DNA of 63,974 nt from Microbacterium sp. (GCF_029263575.1 NZ_JAJUFV010000001.1:1-63974); one strand, 5' to 3'; positions 1 to 10,263 are shown, counted from the first letter of the stretch. The notes: generated from the sequence alone by a model not told the origin. Numbers and translations: made by a program.

Positions 1-62
1 CGAATGCGAAGCTCCTGGGCTTTGCTACAGGGGGCGAGGTACGTTCCCTCAGTCAAAGGAAT

Positions 63-890
63 GTGAGTCACATGTACTCCGACTATGGAACAGCTTATGC
101 AGGGATGCTGGCGTTGTTCGCCCTGTTCGGCTTCCTCCTGATCGCCGTCGTCTACGTCCTCGGCTCCCTCTTCTACATGAAGATCTTCGAGAAGGCCGGC
201 GTGCAGGGAAAATGGCGCGCCTGGGTCCCGATCTACAACAACATGATCTTCCTCAAGCTCGGCGACATGAGCCCCTGGCTGATCCTGTATGCCATGGGTG
301 CGACGATCCTGCTGAGCTGGTTGCCGGTCATCGGTCAGCTCTTGGGGCTCGCCTCTGCCGTGCTGATGGTCCTCGCTGCGTACCGCGTCGGGCAGAAGCT
401 GCAGAAGGAGGGCGCATGGGTCGTTCTCTACATCTTCCTCTCGCTCGTCTGGCTCGGTATCAACGCCTTCGACAAGTCGCGTTGGAACCCGCAGATCGCT
501 CCCGCTCCGTGGGCGGGTAACGCCTTCTTCGGCGACCGCACCGTCTGGGATGGCGTTCCCTCGCAGCCGTCCGCTGCGCCGCCCGCCCCCGGCTACGGCG
601 CCGCCCCGCAGGGCTACGCGCCTCCGCAGGGCTACGCGCCGCCGCAGGGTCAGCAGCCCGGCTACCAGCCCCCGGCAGCGCCCGGCTACCAGCCCCCGGC
701 AGCGCCCGGCTACCAGCCCCCGGCAGCCGCTCCGGCCACGCCTCCGGCGGCACCGAACCCGCCCGCAGCTCCGACGACTCCGCCGGCAGCTCCCGCGAAC
801 CCGCCGGCCGCTCCTCCGGTCACTCCGCCGGCACCGCCTGCGCCTCCGGCGAACCAACCGCCTGCTGACCCGAATCAGCCTCCGGCGTGA
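63..890 (+). CDS. Membrane protein (DUF5684-like N-terminal TM domain) with Pro/Ala/Gln-rich low-complexity C-terminal tail
   Basis: Hydrophobic N-terminal half with KIFEKAG..W.AWVPIYN motif typical of DUF5684/DUF805-type proteins; AAAGGA upstream; GYAPPQ/PGYQPPAA repeats in the tail. Start could be GTG63 or ATG72. Confidence 0.7.
   Translation: MSHMYSDYGTAYAGMLALFALFGFLLIAVVYVLGSLFYMKIFEKAGVQGKWRAWVPIYNNMIFLKLGDMSPWLILYAMGATILLSWLPVIGQLLGLASAVLMVLAAYRVGQKLQKEGAWVVLYIFLSLVWLGINAFDKSRWNPQIAPAPWAGNAFFGDRTVWDGVPSQPSAAPPAPGYGAAPQGYAPPQGYAPPQGQQPGYQPPAAPGYQPPAAPGYQPPAAAPATPPAAPNPPAAPTTPPAAPANPPAAPPVTPPAPPAPPANQPPADPNQPPA
657..727 (+). repeat. 24-nt coding tandem repeat (CCCGGCTACCAGCCCCCGGCAGCG) x3, encoding PGYQPPAA
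   Basis: Read directly: 657-680, 681-704, 705-727. Confidence 0.9.
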
Positions 891-898
891 TGATGTGA

Positions 899-935
899 AC
901 GATGGGCCCTCTGACTTCGGTCGGGGGCCCATCGT
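899..935 (+). terminator. Stable hairpin after ORF 63-890, probable intrinsic terminator
   Basis: ACGATGGGCCCTCTGAC-TTCG-GTCGGGGGCCCATCGT, a stem with G-U pairs and a cUUCGg tetraloop, 8 nt after the stop codon. Confidence 0.75.
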
Positions 936-969
936 CTGTCATGGCCTCGATCTCCGATAGCGTGGAGGT

Positions 970-1953
970 ATGGTCATGTCGCAGCGCCGTGTCGGAGCAT
1001 CAGGTCTCGTCGTATCGGCAACCGGACTCGGTTGCAATAATTTCGGTCGCTCATCGACAGCGACCGAGTCGCTGGAGGGCACGCGCGAGGTCATCGACGC
1101 GGCACTCGCGCACGATGTCTTCTTCTTCGACACGGCTGACATGTACGGCATGGATCCCGGCCTGAGCGAGAGCCTGATGGGCGAAGTGCTGAGGAACCGC
1201 CGTGATCGGGTCGTGCTGGCGACGAAGTTCGGTCACACGCGTGACATGGGATACGACTTTCCCGCTGGGCTCGGGTCGCGTCGCTATGTTCGCCACGCGG
1301 TGGAGGAGTCGCTTGCACGGCTGCAGACCGACTGGATCGATCTCTACCAGCTGCACCTGCCCGATGCCGAGACGCCGATCGCTGAGACGATCGACGCGCT
1401 CGATGAGCTGGTGCGTGAAGGAAAGATCCGTTACTACGGTCATTCGAATCTGTCGGCCTGGCAAGTTGCCGAAGCAGATCTCACCGCCCAGCTGCGCGGC
1501 ACGGGTCGCTTCGTCTCCGCTCAGCATCAATATTCGCTGCTCGCTCGGGCTGCTGAGCGAGAGGTGCTTCCCGCTGTCGAACACTTCGGCCTGGGCTTTT
1601 TCCCCTATTTCCCGCTCCATAATGGCCTGCTGACCGGCAAGTTCTCCCGCGAGGGCGGGCCGAGCGACAGCCGGATCATGGCTACGCGGCGCCACGTGTG
1701 GGAGAACGCGCCCTGGGATGCTGTCGACGCGTATGCGCGCTTCTGCGACGAGCGCGGTATCACCATGCTTGAGGCCACGTTCGGCTGGCTGCTTTCTCGT
1801 CCGTCGGTCTCCAGCGTGATCGCGGGGGCGACGTCCGCCGCTCAGGTCGAAGCCAACGCGCGGGCAGCGACAGCGTGGACGCCGACGGCGGATGACCTGA
1901 GCGCTCTCGACGCGATCTTCCCGCTTCCCGCCGATCCTGGCGCGCAGGTGTGA
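970..1953 (+). CDS. Aldo/keto reductase
   Basis: GLGCNNFG, FFDTADMYG, LATKFG, SLARLQTDWIDLYQLH, GKIRYYGHSN motifs; TAGCGT 6 nt before ATG970. Confidence 0.93.
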   Translation: MVMSQRRVGASGLVVSATGLGCNNFGRSSTATESLEGTREVIDAALAHDVFFFDTADMYGMDPGLSESLMGEVLRNRRDRVVLATKFGHTRDMGYDFPAGLGSRRYVRHAVEESLARLQTDWIDLYQLHLPDAETPIAETIDALDELVREGKIRYYGHSNLSAWQVAEADLTAQLRGTGRFVSAQHQYSLLARAAEREVLPAVEHFGLGFFPYFPLHNGLLTGKFSREGGPSDSRIMATRRHVWENAPWDAVDAYARFCDERGITMLEATFGWLLSRPSVSSVIAGATSAAQVEANARAATAWTPTADDLSALDAIFPLPADPGAQV

Positions 1954-2023
1954 TCGGGTTCTACTACGATGTGTGAGAATCCTGTGGCCGATCGAGCGGA
2001 CGCAGTCAATCCGGAGGCCGCAT

Positions 2024-2881
2024 TTGTCTGAGACGACCACGCAGACCCATCGCGTCGCCGTCGCCGAGGGTGACGACATCACTCTTTCCTGGGCAGGTAT
2101 CACAGACACCGGGCTCCGGCGTGACAACAACCAGGACGCCTTCCTCGCCGAATACCCGCTTTTCGTCGTGGCGGATGGCATGGGCGGACACGCGGGCGGT
2201 GAGATCGCGAGTCAGAGCACGATCGCACGGCTGCATGAGGCCGTCGGCACCGGAGGTATTACCACGAGCGCGATCGAGAGTGCGCTCGAACAGGCCGTCA
2301 GCGACATCGCAGCGCATCCGGAGACGACAGACGAGGGAACAGGCACGACGCTCACCGGTGTGTTGTTCGACGTCGCCGAAGACGGACCGCGATGGATCTC
2401 GTTGAACATCGGCGACTCTCGCGTCTATCTGCTGCGTGATGATCGGCTCGTCCAGGTCACCACGGACCATTCGGTGGTGCAAGAGCTGATCAGCTCGGGG
2501 CGTCTGAGCCCCGAGGAGGCGGAAGGCCACCCGTACAGCAATGTGATCACACGGGCTGTGGGCGCCAGTGAGCTCACCCCGCCCGACTACCTCGGCATCG
2601 AGGTGCAAGACGGCGACCGATTCGTGATCTGCTCAGACGGGCTGACCAAGGAACTCACCGACTACGGCATTCAGCATTTCCTTCGCGAACACGCGGATCC
2701 GGCCACCGCCGTCGATGCCATGCTCGCGGCGGCGTTGGAGAACGGCGGTCGTGACAACGTCACGCTCATCGTGGTGAAGGTCGAGCGGACCAGTGGTGCT
2801 CCCGAGGTAGACAACGCGCCGACCGCAGAGATCGCGGTGGTCGATGACTCTTCCTCCACAACAGACAAGACCGTCGAATAG
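2024..2881 (+). CDS. PP2C/PPM-family Ser/Thr protein phosphatase
   Basis: NQDA, VADGMGGHAGGE.AS, GTT, NIGDSRVY, DHS, ICSDGL, GGRDNVT motifs. Start moved to TTG2024 because GGAGG lies at 2013-2017. Confidence 0.93.
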   Translation: MSETTTQTHRVAVAEGDDITLSWAGITDTGLRRDNNQDAFLAEYPLFVVADGMGGHAGGEIASQSTIARLHEAVGTGGITTSAIESALEQAVSDIAAHPETTDEGTGTTLTGVLFDVAEDGPRWISLNIGDSRVYLLRDDRLVQVTTDHSVVQELISSGRLSPEEAEGHPYSNVITRAVGASELTPPDYLGIEVQDGDRFVICSDGLTKELTDYGIQHFLREHADPATAVDAMLAAALENGGRDNVTLIVVKVERTSGAPEVDNAPTAEIAVVDDSSSTTDKTVE

Positions 2882-2938
2882 CCGCCGCCGGCTGTGGATA
2901 ACTGCCGGTGACACGCGTGTATGGCGTGAGATGGGGGC

Positions 2939-5713
2939 ATGGATCTTGAGCCTCTGACGCTTCCAGCGATTCCGGCCGCCCCGCGTCGGCAACCCGTTCC
3001 GGTGCTGGCGGCCGTCGTTCCGATCGGAGCCGGCCTGGTTCTCTGGCTCGTGACAGGGTCGATCTTCTCGCTCTGTTTCGCAGCGCTCGGCCCGCTGATG
3101 ATCGGGGCGTCGTTGCTCGACGGCGTTCGAACACGCCGCCGCGACAGACGAGCGGCGGCCGAAGAGGAATCAGCCGGCTGGGCACGAGTCGAGCACGATC
3201 TCACGAGCCGCCATGAGCGTGAGCGTCGGGAGCTGCGCCGTATGCACCCAGACGCCGCGAGCTGTGTGCAGGATCCGCCATTGCGCGATCTGCGACCCAT
3301 TGACGAGACGACGCCGCTGGTCATCGGATCCGGCGTGCGTCGCAGCGCGCTTCGCGTGACCGGAGCGGATGGTGAGCGAGAGCGGGCGTTTCGCGAGCGA
3401 GCGGCCGAACTGAGGGATGTGCCGATCGTTGTGCCAATGGGGCGCGGTATCTGTCTGCGCGGTCCGGCTCCGGTGACCGCCGCCATCGCACGAGCGCTCA
3501 TCGTGCAGCTGTGCCTGCGGCATGCACCCAGCCAGCTCTCCCTCGTCGGGGACGAGCTCGAACATCTCGGTCTCGCTGGGTTCGCTCACAGCGGGCGTCC
3601 ACGCCGTGGGGCGTGGAAACTCGCGGTCACGATCGGTGACGGCGAATCCGTCGACGCGGCGACCGAGCTGAGGCTGTGCGGTGCCGACGGTGAGGTGCCC
3701 GAAGGGGTGACGACGGTGATCGACTGTACAGATCCCTCGCGGGCGCGCCTTCGGACGACGAGCGGCGTCGAGCAGGTGAGCGCTGAATGCCTGTCGCTGC
3801 ACCAGGCACTCGCGGTCGCCGCTGACAGCAGGGAACGAGAAGGAGAGGTGGCGCAGTTGCCCGACGGTGTCGCGCTGTCAGAGCTCAACACATCGGCGGA
3901 GAGCACGCGCAACGGGCTGTGTGCGGCGATCGGGCGCACCGAGAGTTCTGAGGTGGTGCTCGATCTTGTCGAGGACGGGCCGCATGCGATCGTCACCGGC
4001 ACGACCGGATCTGGGAAGAGCGAGTTGCTGGTCACCTGGGTCACGGCGATGGCGGCAGCGCACGCACCCGCCGAGGTCAGCTTCGTGCTGGCTGATTTCA
4101 AGGGCGGCACGGCGTTCGATCCGCTCCGTGATCTGCCGCATGTCGCGGCGGTCATCACCGATCTCGATGACGAGGGTGCGCGGCGTGGCGTGCTCACGCT
4201 CACCGCTGAGCTGCGCCGCAGAGAAGCCGTGCTTCAAGAACTGGGTGCCCGCAGCATCGCCGAGAGCGCGGGGCGCCTGGGCCGTCTCGTCATTGTGGTC
4301 GATGAGTTCGCGGCGCTGCTGCAGGAGCATCCTGATCTGGGTGCCGTGTTCACCGACGTCGCGGCACGCGGAAGAGCACTGGGGATGCACCTCATTCTGG
4401 GCACGCAGCGTGCGGCCGGAGTGATTCGCGAGGCACTGGCTGCCAACTGCCCCCTGCGACTCAGCCTGCGCGTGACAGAGGCCGCCGACAGCCGGCTGGT
4501 CATCGGCTCTGACGACGCGGCGGAGCTGCCGGGCGGAGCAGGTTCGCGCGGGCTTGCGTTCGTGCGACGCCCGCAGGATGCGGCGGCGGCCGCCGTGCGG
4601 GTAGCTCTGACGGGGACGGCCGATCTGCGCGCCGTGGGAACCCGCTGGTCAGGAGCGATCCCACCGGAGAGTCCCTGGCTGCCTCCGCTGCCACGTCGGC
4701 TCCCACTGGCCGATGCGCAGCTCACGTACGCCGCCGCAGACGCGATAGTGCTGGGACTTGCTGATGAACCCGAGCTGCAGCGGCAGCGGCCCGTGCTGCT
4801 TCGCCCAGGAGAAGATCGCGGGCTCGCCATCATCGGCGGAAGCGGCTCCGGACGTTCCACGGCGTTACGCGCGCTGGCAGCGCAGAGCGATGACCTCGTC
4901 ATGATCGAGCCCGACCCTGAGCGAGCCTGGGACGCTCTCGCGGCGCTCTCAGCCCCGGGAGCGCGGGCACCGCGGCTCGTGGTGTGCGACGACCTGGATC
5001 AGCTCGCAGCGGCGTTTCCGACGGAGCACGCCCAGGTGTTCCTGGAGCGTATGGAGAAGCTGGCACGCGCGGCGTCAGCGCGTGGCTGCACGGTGGCTGT
5101 CGCGACCGGTCGACTCTCGGGGCAGATCTCACGCGTCATCGAGGCTCTGCCGACGCGGGTGCTGCTGCGGATGGGGACGAAGATCGAATACATCGCCGCC
5201 GGCGGTGAGAACGACGGATACCGTCGCGACCGGGCGCCGGGACGAGGCCGGATCGACGATCGCGAGATGCAGATCGTCTGGACCGAGCCGCAGGCGCCGG
5301 GGAGAGACGATGCACGCACGACGCAGTGGCAGCCGGGCGCACGCGTCGTCGGTGTCGTGGCTCCCGGCGTGCGGCACACGATGGATGCCCTGCGGTCGGG
5401 GTACCCATCGTGCGATGTGCTGCGCGTCGGCGAGCAGCCGAGCGATGCCAGCGAAGCAGAGCCGAACGCTGCACCGTCGATCCTGGTCGGCGATGCGGAA
5501 TCCTGGCAGCGGCACTGGGCGCTGTGGCAGCGCATCAAAGCGGAAGGCGAGATGCTCGTTCTCGCTGAAAGCGCGGGAGAGCTGCGTGCCTTCACCGGCT
5601 CGCGGGAGCTGCCGCCTTATGCCGAACCGCACGTGGGTCGTGCCTGGAGCATGCGCGACGGGCGCGCGGCGCAGCGGGTCGTGATTCCGCAGCTCGATCC
5701 GCGGGCCGGGTGA
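2939..5713 (+). CDS. FtsK/SpoIIIE-domain ATPase (EccC/EssC-like) with two N-terminal TM helices and degenerate distal ATPase domains
   Basis: DGPHAIVTGTTGSGKSELL Walker A, DFKGG, IVVDEFA Walker B, GRALGMHLILGTQR; second P-loop GGSGSGRS is degenerate. Confidence 0.88.
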   Translation: MDLEPLTLPAIPAAPRRQPVPVLAAVVPIGAGLVLWLVTGSIFSLCFAALGPLMIGASLLDGVRTRRRDRRAAAEEESAGWARVEHDLTSRHERERRELRRMHPDAASCVQDPPLRDLRPIDETTPLVIGSGVRRSALRVTGADGERERAFRERAAELRDVPIVVPMGRGICLRGPAPVTAAIARALIVQLCLRHAPSQLSLVGDELEHLGLAGFAHSGRPRRGAWKLAVTIGDGESVDAATELRLCGADGEVPEGVTTVIDCTDPSRARLRTTSGVEQVSAECLSLHQALAVAADSREREGEVAQLPDGVALSELNTSAESTRNGLCAAIGRTESSEVVLDLVEDGPHAIVTGTTGSGKSELLVTWVTAMAAAHAPAEVSFVLADFKGGTAFDPLRDLPHVAAVITDLDDEGARRGVLTLTAELRRREAVLQELGARSIAESAGRLGRLVIVVDEFAALLQEHPDLGAVFTDVAARGRALGMHLILGTQRAAGVIREALAANCPLRLSLRVTEAADSRLVIGSDDAAELPGGAGSRGLAFVRRPQDAAAAAVRVALTGTADLRAVGTRWSGAIPPESPWLPPLPRRLPLADAQLTYAAADAIVLGLADEPELQRQRPVLLRPGEDRGLAIIGGSGSGRSTALRALAAQSDDLVMIEPDPERAWDALAALSAPGARAPRLVVCDDLDQLAAAFPTEHAQVFLERMEKLARAASARGCTVAVATGRLSGQISRVIEALPTRVLLRMGTKIEYIAAGGENDGYRRDRAPGRGRIDDREMQIVWTEPQAPGRDDARTTQWQPGARVVGVVAPGVRHTMDALRSGYPSCDVLRVGEQPSDASEAEPNAAPSILVGDAESWQRHWALWQRIKAEGEMLVLAESAGELRAFTGSRELPPYAEPHVGRAWSMRDGRAAQRVVIPQLDPRAG

Positions 5714-5723
5714 GGAGACCGCG

Positions 5724-6719
5724 TCAGATGCCGGCGCCCGGACGAATCGAGCCGACGGGTCTGCCACCGCCGAGCACACCGAGATTGAGCGCATCGGCCA
5801 GCTTTGCCACCACGGCGTCGTCGAGGGCGCCCGCACGCGCGAGCAGCGTCGCTGCGACGATCGTCGCAGCGCGTCCGGAACCGTCGAGCATTTTCAGCGC
5901 CGCGGTCGTGCCGTCGGGGGCGACCATGACCATGATGCCCTCGGCGCCGCCCTTGGCGAAGACGCCGAGCGTCTCGATCGCGACCGTGTCGGGCTGATCA
6001 GGTCCCTCGATCGTCCAGGGGTTCTCTCTGACCGTGCGCACGAGGGTGCCCGCGACGCGGTGCAATGCGAAGGGCGACCGCTCCGAGGCAGATCCGATGC
6101 GGTGGATACCGCGGGCGAGGCCGCTCAGCGTGATGGCGTGCACGGGGGCGCCGCATCCGTCGACGGCGGTGTGCGCGATCTTCTCGCCGGTGAGGCGCTC
6201 GACAACGTCGCGAATGTGCTGCTGCAGCGGATGCGACGGATCCAAGTAGCCGTCTGTCGGCCAGCCGGTCGCGACGCATGCGCGGAGCATCGCGGCGTGC
6301 TTGCCCGAACAGTTCATGCGGATGCGGGCCTTCTGGCTGTGCTCACGCACCATCTCGTCGCGCGTGGCCGAGTCGCTCGGCCATGCGGGCGGGCAGGCGA
6401 GGTGATCTTCTGTGAGCGAGCCGGCGGTGAGGATCTCGCGCACCACGTCGGCATGGCGGTCGGTTCCGACATGACTCGCCGTGGCCAGGGCGAGCTGCTC
6501 GCCGGCGAGTTCGGCACCCGCTGTGACACAGGCCACAGCCTGAAGCGGCTTCAGACTCGAGCGGGGAAGGATGAGCGCGTCGGCATTGCCCAGGCGCGTG
6601 ACGACGTCGCCGTCGGGGGAGAGCACGGTCGCGGCGCCAGCGTGGCGGGATTCGATGAACCCGCTTCGCTCGACGACGGCAAGTTCAACAGCATCCGAGG
6701 CAGTGAAAGTCTCCAGCAC
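5724..6719 (-). CDS. L-asparaginase II (Rhizobium AnsA type)
   Basis: RSGFIESRH, RSSLKPLQA, ASH, NCSGKHAAML, DGCGAP, AKGGAEG motifs. Start GTG6719 lies 6 nt after TAGGGT; the ORF track start is 6722. Confidence 0.9.
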   Translation of the reverse strand: MLETFTASDAVELAVVERSGFIESRHAGAATVLSPDGDVVTRLGNADALILPRSSLKPLQAVACVTAGAELAGEQLALATASHVGTDRHADVVREILTAGSLTEDHLACPPAWPSDSATRDEMVREHSQKARIRMNCSGKHAAMLRACVATGWPTDGYLDPSHPLQQHIRDVVERLTGEKIAHTAVDGCGAPVHAITLSGLARGIHRIGSASERSPFALHRVAGTLVRTVRENPWTIEGPDQPDTVAIETLGVFAKGGAEGIMVMVAPDGTTAALKMLDGSGRAATIVAATLLARAGALDDAVVAKLADALNLGVLGGGRPVGSIRPGAGI

Positions 6720-6754
6720 CACTCCACCCTAACGCCGCGTGCCAGACTGGCCAT

Positions 6755-7228
6755 ATGAAGCTCGGCGAACACCACTATGCGCTCACGGCGACCTGGACCG
6801 GCAATCTCGGCACCGGCACGAGCGGGTATCGCCAGTACTCCCGGGACGTCACGATCCAGATAGACGGGAAGAGCGACCTGCTGGCGTCGGCCGATAAGCC
6901 CTTTCGTGGTGACCCGGCACGGTGGAACCCCGAAGACCTCTTGATCGCGGCGCTCGCCGAGTGCCACCTGCTGTCATATCTGCACGCGTGCGTGACGCGC
7001 GGGGTCATCGTGGTGTCATACCGCGACAGCGCGACGGGCGTCATGACCGAGCGCGGGGCTGGGTCGGGAGCATTCACCGAGGTGCGGCTGCGCCCCGCGG
7101 TCGTCGTCGCGGATGCCTCGATGATCGAGGCTGCGCAGCAGGCACACCATGACGCGCACGAGATGTGCTTCATAGCGAACTCGGTGAACTTTCCCGTCTA
7201 TCACACGGCCACCGTCTCAGCGGCGTGA
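6755..7228 (+). CDS. OsmC/Ohr-family protein
   Basis: WNPEDLLIAALAECHLLSY and second Cys in CFIANSV; FRGDP motif. Confidence 0.9.
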   Translation: MKLGEHHYALTATWTGNLGTGTSGYRQYSRDVTIQIDGKSDLLASADKPFRGDPARWNPEDLLIAALAECHLLSYLHACVTRGVIVVSYRDSATGVMTERGAGSGAFTEVRLRPAVVVADASMIEAAQQAHHDAHEMCFIANSVNFPVYHTATVSAA

Positions 7229-7243
7229 CACCGGGGGCGCGGG

Positions 7244-8047
7244 TCAACGCCGTTCGTGCGGCAGCGCCTGTTTGATCTTCTCGATCGGTCCCTGCGGCGC
7301 GGGCTCGTTGTAGACACCGGCGAGTTCCTGCCCGCTGAGCGCATGGATGGACGCCATGATCTGGTCTGTCGCCAGGCGCCGTGCCTTGCCGCTGTTCGGG
7401 GCTCCGTGCACCGACACGTCGATCGGCTCGCCGAAGCGCACGGTGATGCGCTCTCGCATCGAGGGCATCTTCGCGCCCTTCGGCATGGCCTTATCGGTTC
7501 CGATCAGACCGACCGGCACTACCGGCGCTCCCGTCTGCAGCGCGAGAAACGCCACACCGGTTCGCCCTTTGTACAGGCGTCCATCCGTCGAGCGGGTTCC
7601 CTCCGGATAAAGCGCGACGGCGAGCCCGTCATCGAGAAGCTGGCGTTGCTGGTCGAGCGCGTCAAGAGCGGCCTGGCCGGCGCCCCGGCGCACGGGGATC
7701 GCCCCGATCGACTGAAAGAACGTCCGCATCACGGCCCCGGTGAATCCCGTTCCTTCGAAATACGATGACTTGGCCAGAAAATGCACCGGCCGGGGAGCCG
7801 CCACGGGAATGGCAACCGAGTCGATGAACGACAGGTGGTTGCTCGCGAAGATCACCGGACCGTCGAGGGGGACGTTGTCGCGCCCTTCGACCCGTGGGCG
7901 ATAGATTGTGCGGGTCAGGGCGCCGATCACGGCCCGGCCGAACGCGTAGGTCGCGCCAGCGCGTCGGGGAGTGATGGAAGTCTCTGACTGCTGCTGTGCG
8001 TCTGAATCGGAGGATGCTTTCGGCGCCGCGGACTCGTCAGAGGTCAT
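7244..8047 (-). CDS. plsC: 1-acyl-sn-glycerol-3-phosphate (lysophospholipid) acyltransferase
   Basis: NHLSFID (HxxxxD), YPEGTRS, PVVPV motifs; TAACCT 6 nt upstream. Confidence 0.88.
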   Translation of the reverse strand: MTSDESAAPKASSDSDAQQQSETSITPRRAGATYAFGRAVIGALTRTIYRPRVEGRDNVPLDGPVIFASNHLSFIDSVAIPVAAPRPVHFLAKSSYFEGTGFTGAVMRTFFQSIGAIPVRRGAGQAALDALDQQRQLLDDGLAVALYPEGTRSTDGRLYKGRTGVAFLALQTGAPVVPVGLIGTDKAMPKGAKMPSMRERITVRFGEPIDVSVHGAPNSGKARRLATDQIMASIHALSGQELAGVYNEPAPQGPIEKIKQALPHERR

Positions 8048-8190
8048 CAGACCAGGTTACTGCGCTTTCTATGCTCCTGACGGCATGCGGCCATCGGCCG
8101 CCGGTCACAGACACAGCGTGTCTCTCCCAGCGAGGGCAAAGGCGAATGCGAGATGATGGTGTGTCCGCTTCACGATTCCGAGGTCTCACT

Positions 8191-9144
8191 GTGCGCACCC
8201 GCCCACTCATCGCTCTGTCCGCATTCGCTGCTACCGCTGTGCTGCTGTCTGGGTGCGCTGCCGCTGACGATCCCGACGCCGATTCCGGCGACACGGCCGG
8301 AAGCGATCTCTGCTCCGCCACGGTCGAGTCCGGGGCGGCGTCCGACGAGGTCACCGTTGACGGCGAGTTCGGCGAGGCCTCGACCGCGACCTTCGAGCTC
8401 GGCCAGACGGTCGACGAGGCCGAGCGCTCGGTGCTCAGCGACGGCGACGGCGACGCCATCAGCGATGGCGACTACGTCAGCTACGCGTTGAGCGCCTTCG
8501 ACGGTGACAGCGGTGAGCGCCTGGGCGATGCCGGCTACGCCGAGGGCGAGCTCCTGCCGACGGCACTGACGGCGGATGCACCGCTCGGTCAGCTGATCGG
8601 CTGCGCGAGCGTCGGCTCGCGTCTGTCGATCGTCTTCCCGACGACGGAGGAGGCCGCGGCGCAGTTCTACATCCTCGATGTGCTTGACGTCGTGCCGACG
8701 GCCGCCTGGGGCGAGGAGCAGGAACCTGTCGAGGGCATGCCGGCGGTCACTCTCGGTGACGACGGTGCGCCGTCCATCGAGATCCCTGACGCGGAGGCGC
8801 CGACCGAGGTGCAGATCTCGGTGCTCAAAGAGGGCGATGGCATCCTCGTCGAGGCGGGTGACACTTCGCTGCTGCAGTATCACGGTGTGAGCTGGGATGA
8901 CGGCGAGACGTTCGACTCGTCCTGGGAGAACGGCGCGCCGATCTCGATCGACGGCAACACCTATGTGCCCGGCTTCGTCGAGGCGCTCGAAGGTCAGAAG
9001 GTCGGCTCGCAGATTCTCGTCGTGATTCCGCCGGCACAGGCGTACGGCGAAGAGGGCGAGAGCGATCACGAGCTGGCTGGCAAGACGCTCGTCTTCACGA
9101 TCGACATTCTCGCGACGATGCATCCGGCGGTCGCCGCGCAGTAG
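8191..9144 (+). CDS. Lipoprotein FKBP-type peptidyl-prolyl isomerase (degenerate N-terminal plus intact C-terminal FKBP domain)
   Basis: Signal peptide with lipobox LSGC from GTG8191 (GAGG upstream); YHG..W..G.TFDSSW, VPGF..AL.G.KVGS, IPPAQAYG, TLVF.ID. Confidence 0.88.
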   Translation: MRTRPLIALSAFAATAVLLSGCAAADDPDADSGDTAGSDLCSATVESGAASDEVTVDGEFGEASTATFELGQTVDEAERSVLSDGDGDAISDGDYVSYALSAFDGDSGERLGDAGYAEGELLPTALTADAPLGQLIGCASVGSRLSIVFPTTEEAAAQFYILDVLDVVPTAAWGEEQEPVEGMPAVTLGDDGAPSIEIPDAEAPTEVQISVLKEGDGILVEAGDTSLLQYHGVSWDDGETFDSSWENGAPISIDGNTYVPGFVEALEGQKVGSQILVVIPPAQAYGEEGESDHELAGKTLVFTIDILATMHPAVAAQ

Positions 9145-9174
9145 CTTATGCCCGCCTCCGGCCGGGCATAAGCT
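9143..9174. promoter_or_regulatory. 12-bp perfect inverted repeat whose right arm contains the putative -10 (TAAGCT) of leaderless dxr
   Basis: AGCTTATGCCCG (9143-9154) / CGGGCATAAGCT (9163-9174); TAAGCT is 6 nt before ATG9181. Confidence 0.55.
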
Positions 9175-9180
9175 GGTGGC

Positions 9181-10263
9181 ATGCGGCGCATCATCGTTCT
9201 CGGCTCCACCGGCTCCATCGGCACGCAGGCGCTCGAGGTCATCCGAGCGAACCCGCGCAGCTTCGAGCTCGTCGCTCTTGCGGCCGGCAGCAATGCCGAG
9301 CTTCTCGGCGAGCAGGCTGCGCAATTCCGCATCGATGACACGGCGCTGGGTGCTCAGCAGGCGGAGCAGCTCGTGCGCGATGTCGATGCTGACGTGGTGC
9401 TCAATGCGATCACGGGCTCGATCGGACTCGGTCCGACGCTCGCCGCGCTGAAAGCGGGCCGTACGCTCGCACTGGCGAACAAGGAATCGCTCATCGTCGG
9501 CGGTGAGCTCGTCACACAGGCCGCGGCCGAGGGGCAGATCGTCCCGGTCGACTCCGAGCACTCCGCCCTCGCGCAGGCGCTGCGCTCGGGCACCCAGGCA
9601 GAGGTGCGACGTCTCGTGGTGACGGCATCCGGCGGGCCGTTCCGCGGCCGCTCACGCAAGGAGCTCACATCCGTCACACCAGCCGAGGCGCTTGCCCACC
9701 CGACGTGGGATATGGGACGGGTCGTGACCACGAACTCGGCGACGCTGGTCAACAAGGGCCTTGAGGTGATCGAAGCCCACCTGCTGTTCGACGTCGATTA
9801 CGACGACATCGAGGTGGTCGTGCATCCGCAGTCGATCGTGCACTCCATGGTCGAGTTCGTCGACGGCTCCACGATCGCCCAAGCATCTCCGCCCGATATG
9901 CGCCTGCCGATCTCGCTCGGCCTGGATTGGCCGCACCGCACGGCCGGTGTCGGCGTGCCGCTCGACTGGACGAAGGCCTCCAGCTGGGACTTCGAGCCGC
10001 TCGATGACGACGCCTTTCCTGCCGTGGCGCTGGCGAAGAGCGTCGGCCGCGCCGGGAGAACCTTCCCTGCGGTGTTCAACGCAGCCAATGAGCAGGCTGT
10101 CGACGCGTTCCACGAGGGGCGGCTGCCGTTCCTCGGCATCGTCGACACGGTCGCGCGCGTCGTCGAGGCGCACGACTCACCGGATCAGCTGAGCGTGGAG
10201 TCTCTCAGCGAAGCAGAGGCCTGGGCACGCGCGACGGCGGATCAGTTCATCGCAGCCGGCTGA
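9181..10263 (+). CDS. dxr: 1-deoxy-D-xylulose-5-phosphate reductoisomerase
   Basis: [66 protein letters not shown]. Confidence 0.98.
   Translation: MRRIIVLGSTGSIGTQALEVIRANPRSFELVALAAGSNAELLGEQAAQFRIDDTALGAQQAEQLVRDVDADVVLNAITGSIGLGPTLAALKAGRTLALANKESLIVGGELVTQAAAEGQIVPVDSEHSALAQALRSGTQAEVRRLVVTASGGPFRGRSRKELTSVTPAEALAHPTWDMGRVVTTNSATLVNKGLEVIEAHLLFDVDYDDIEVVVHPQSIVHSMVEFVDGSTIAQASPPDMRLPISLGLDWPHRTAGVGVPLDWTKASSWDFEPLDDDAFPAVALAKSVGRAGRTFPAVFNAANEQAVDAFHEGRLPFLGIVDTVARVVEAHDSPDQLSVESLSEAEAWARATADQFIAAG

Noticed and set aside
2939-5713. Integrative conjugative element based on the FtsK-domain gene
   Set aside because: No integrase, relaxase, Rep or att-like repeats; motifs fit the EccC/EssC type better.
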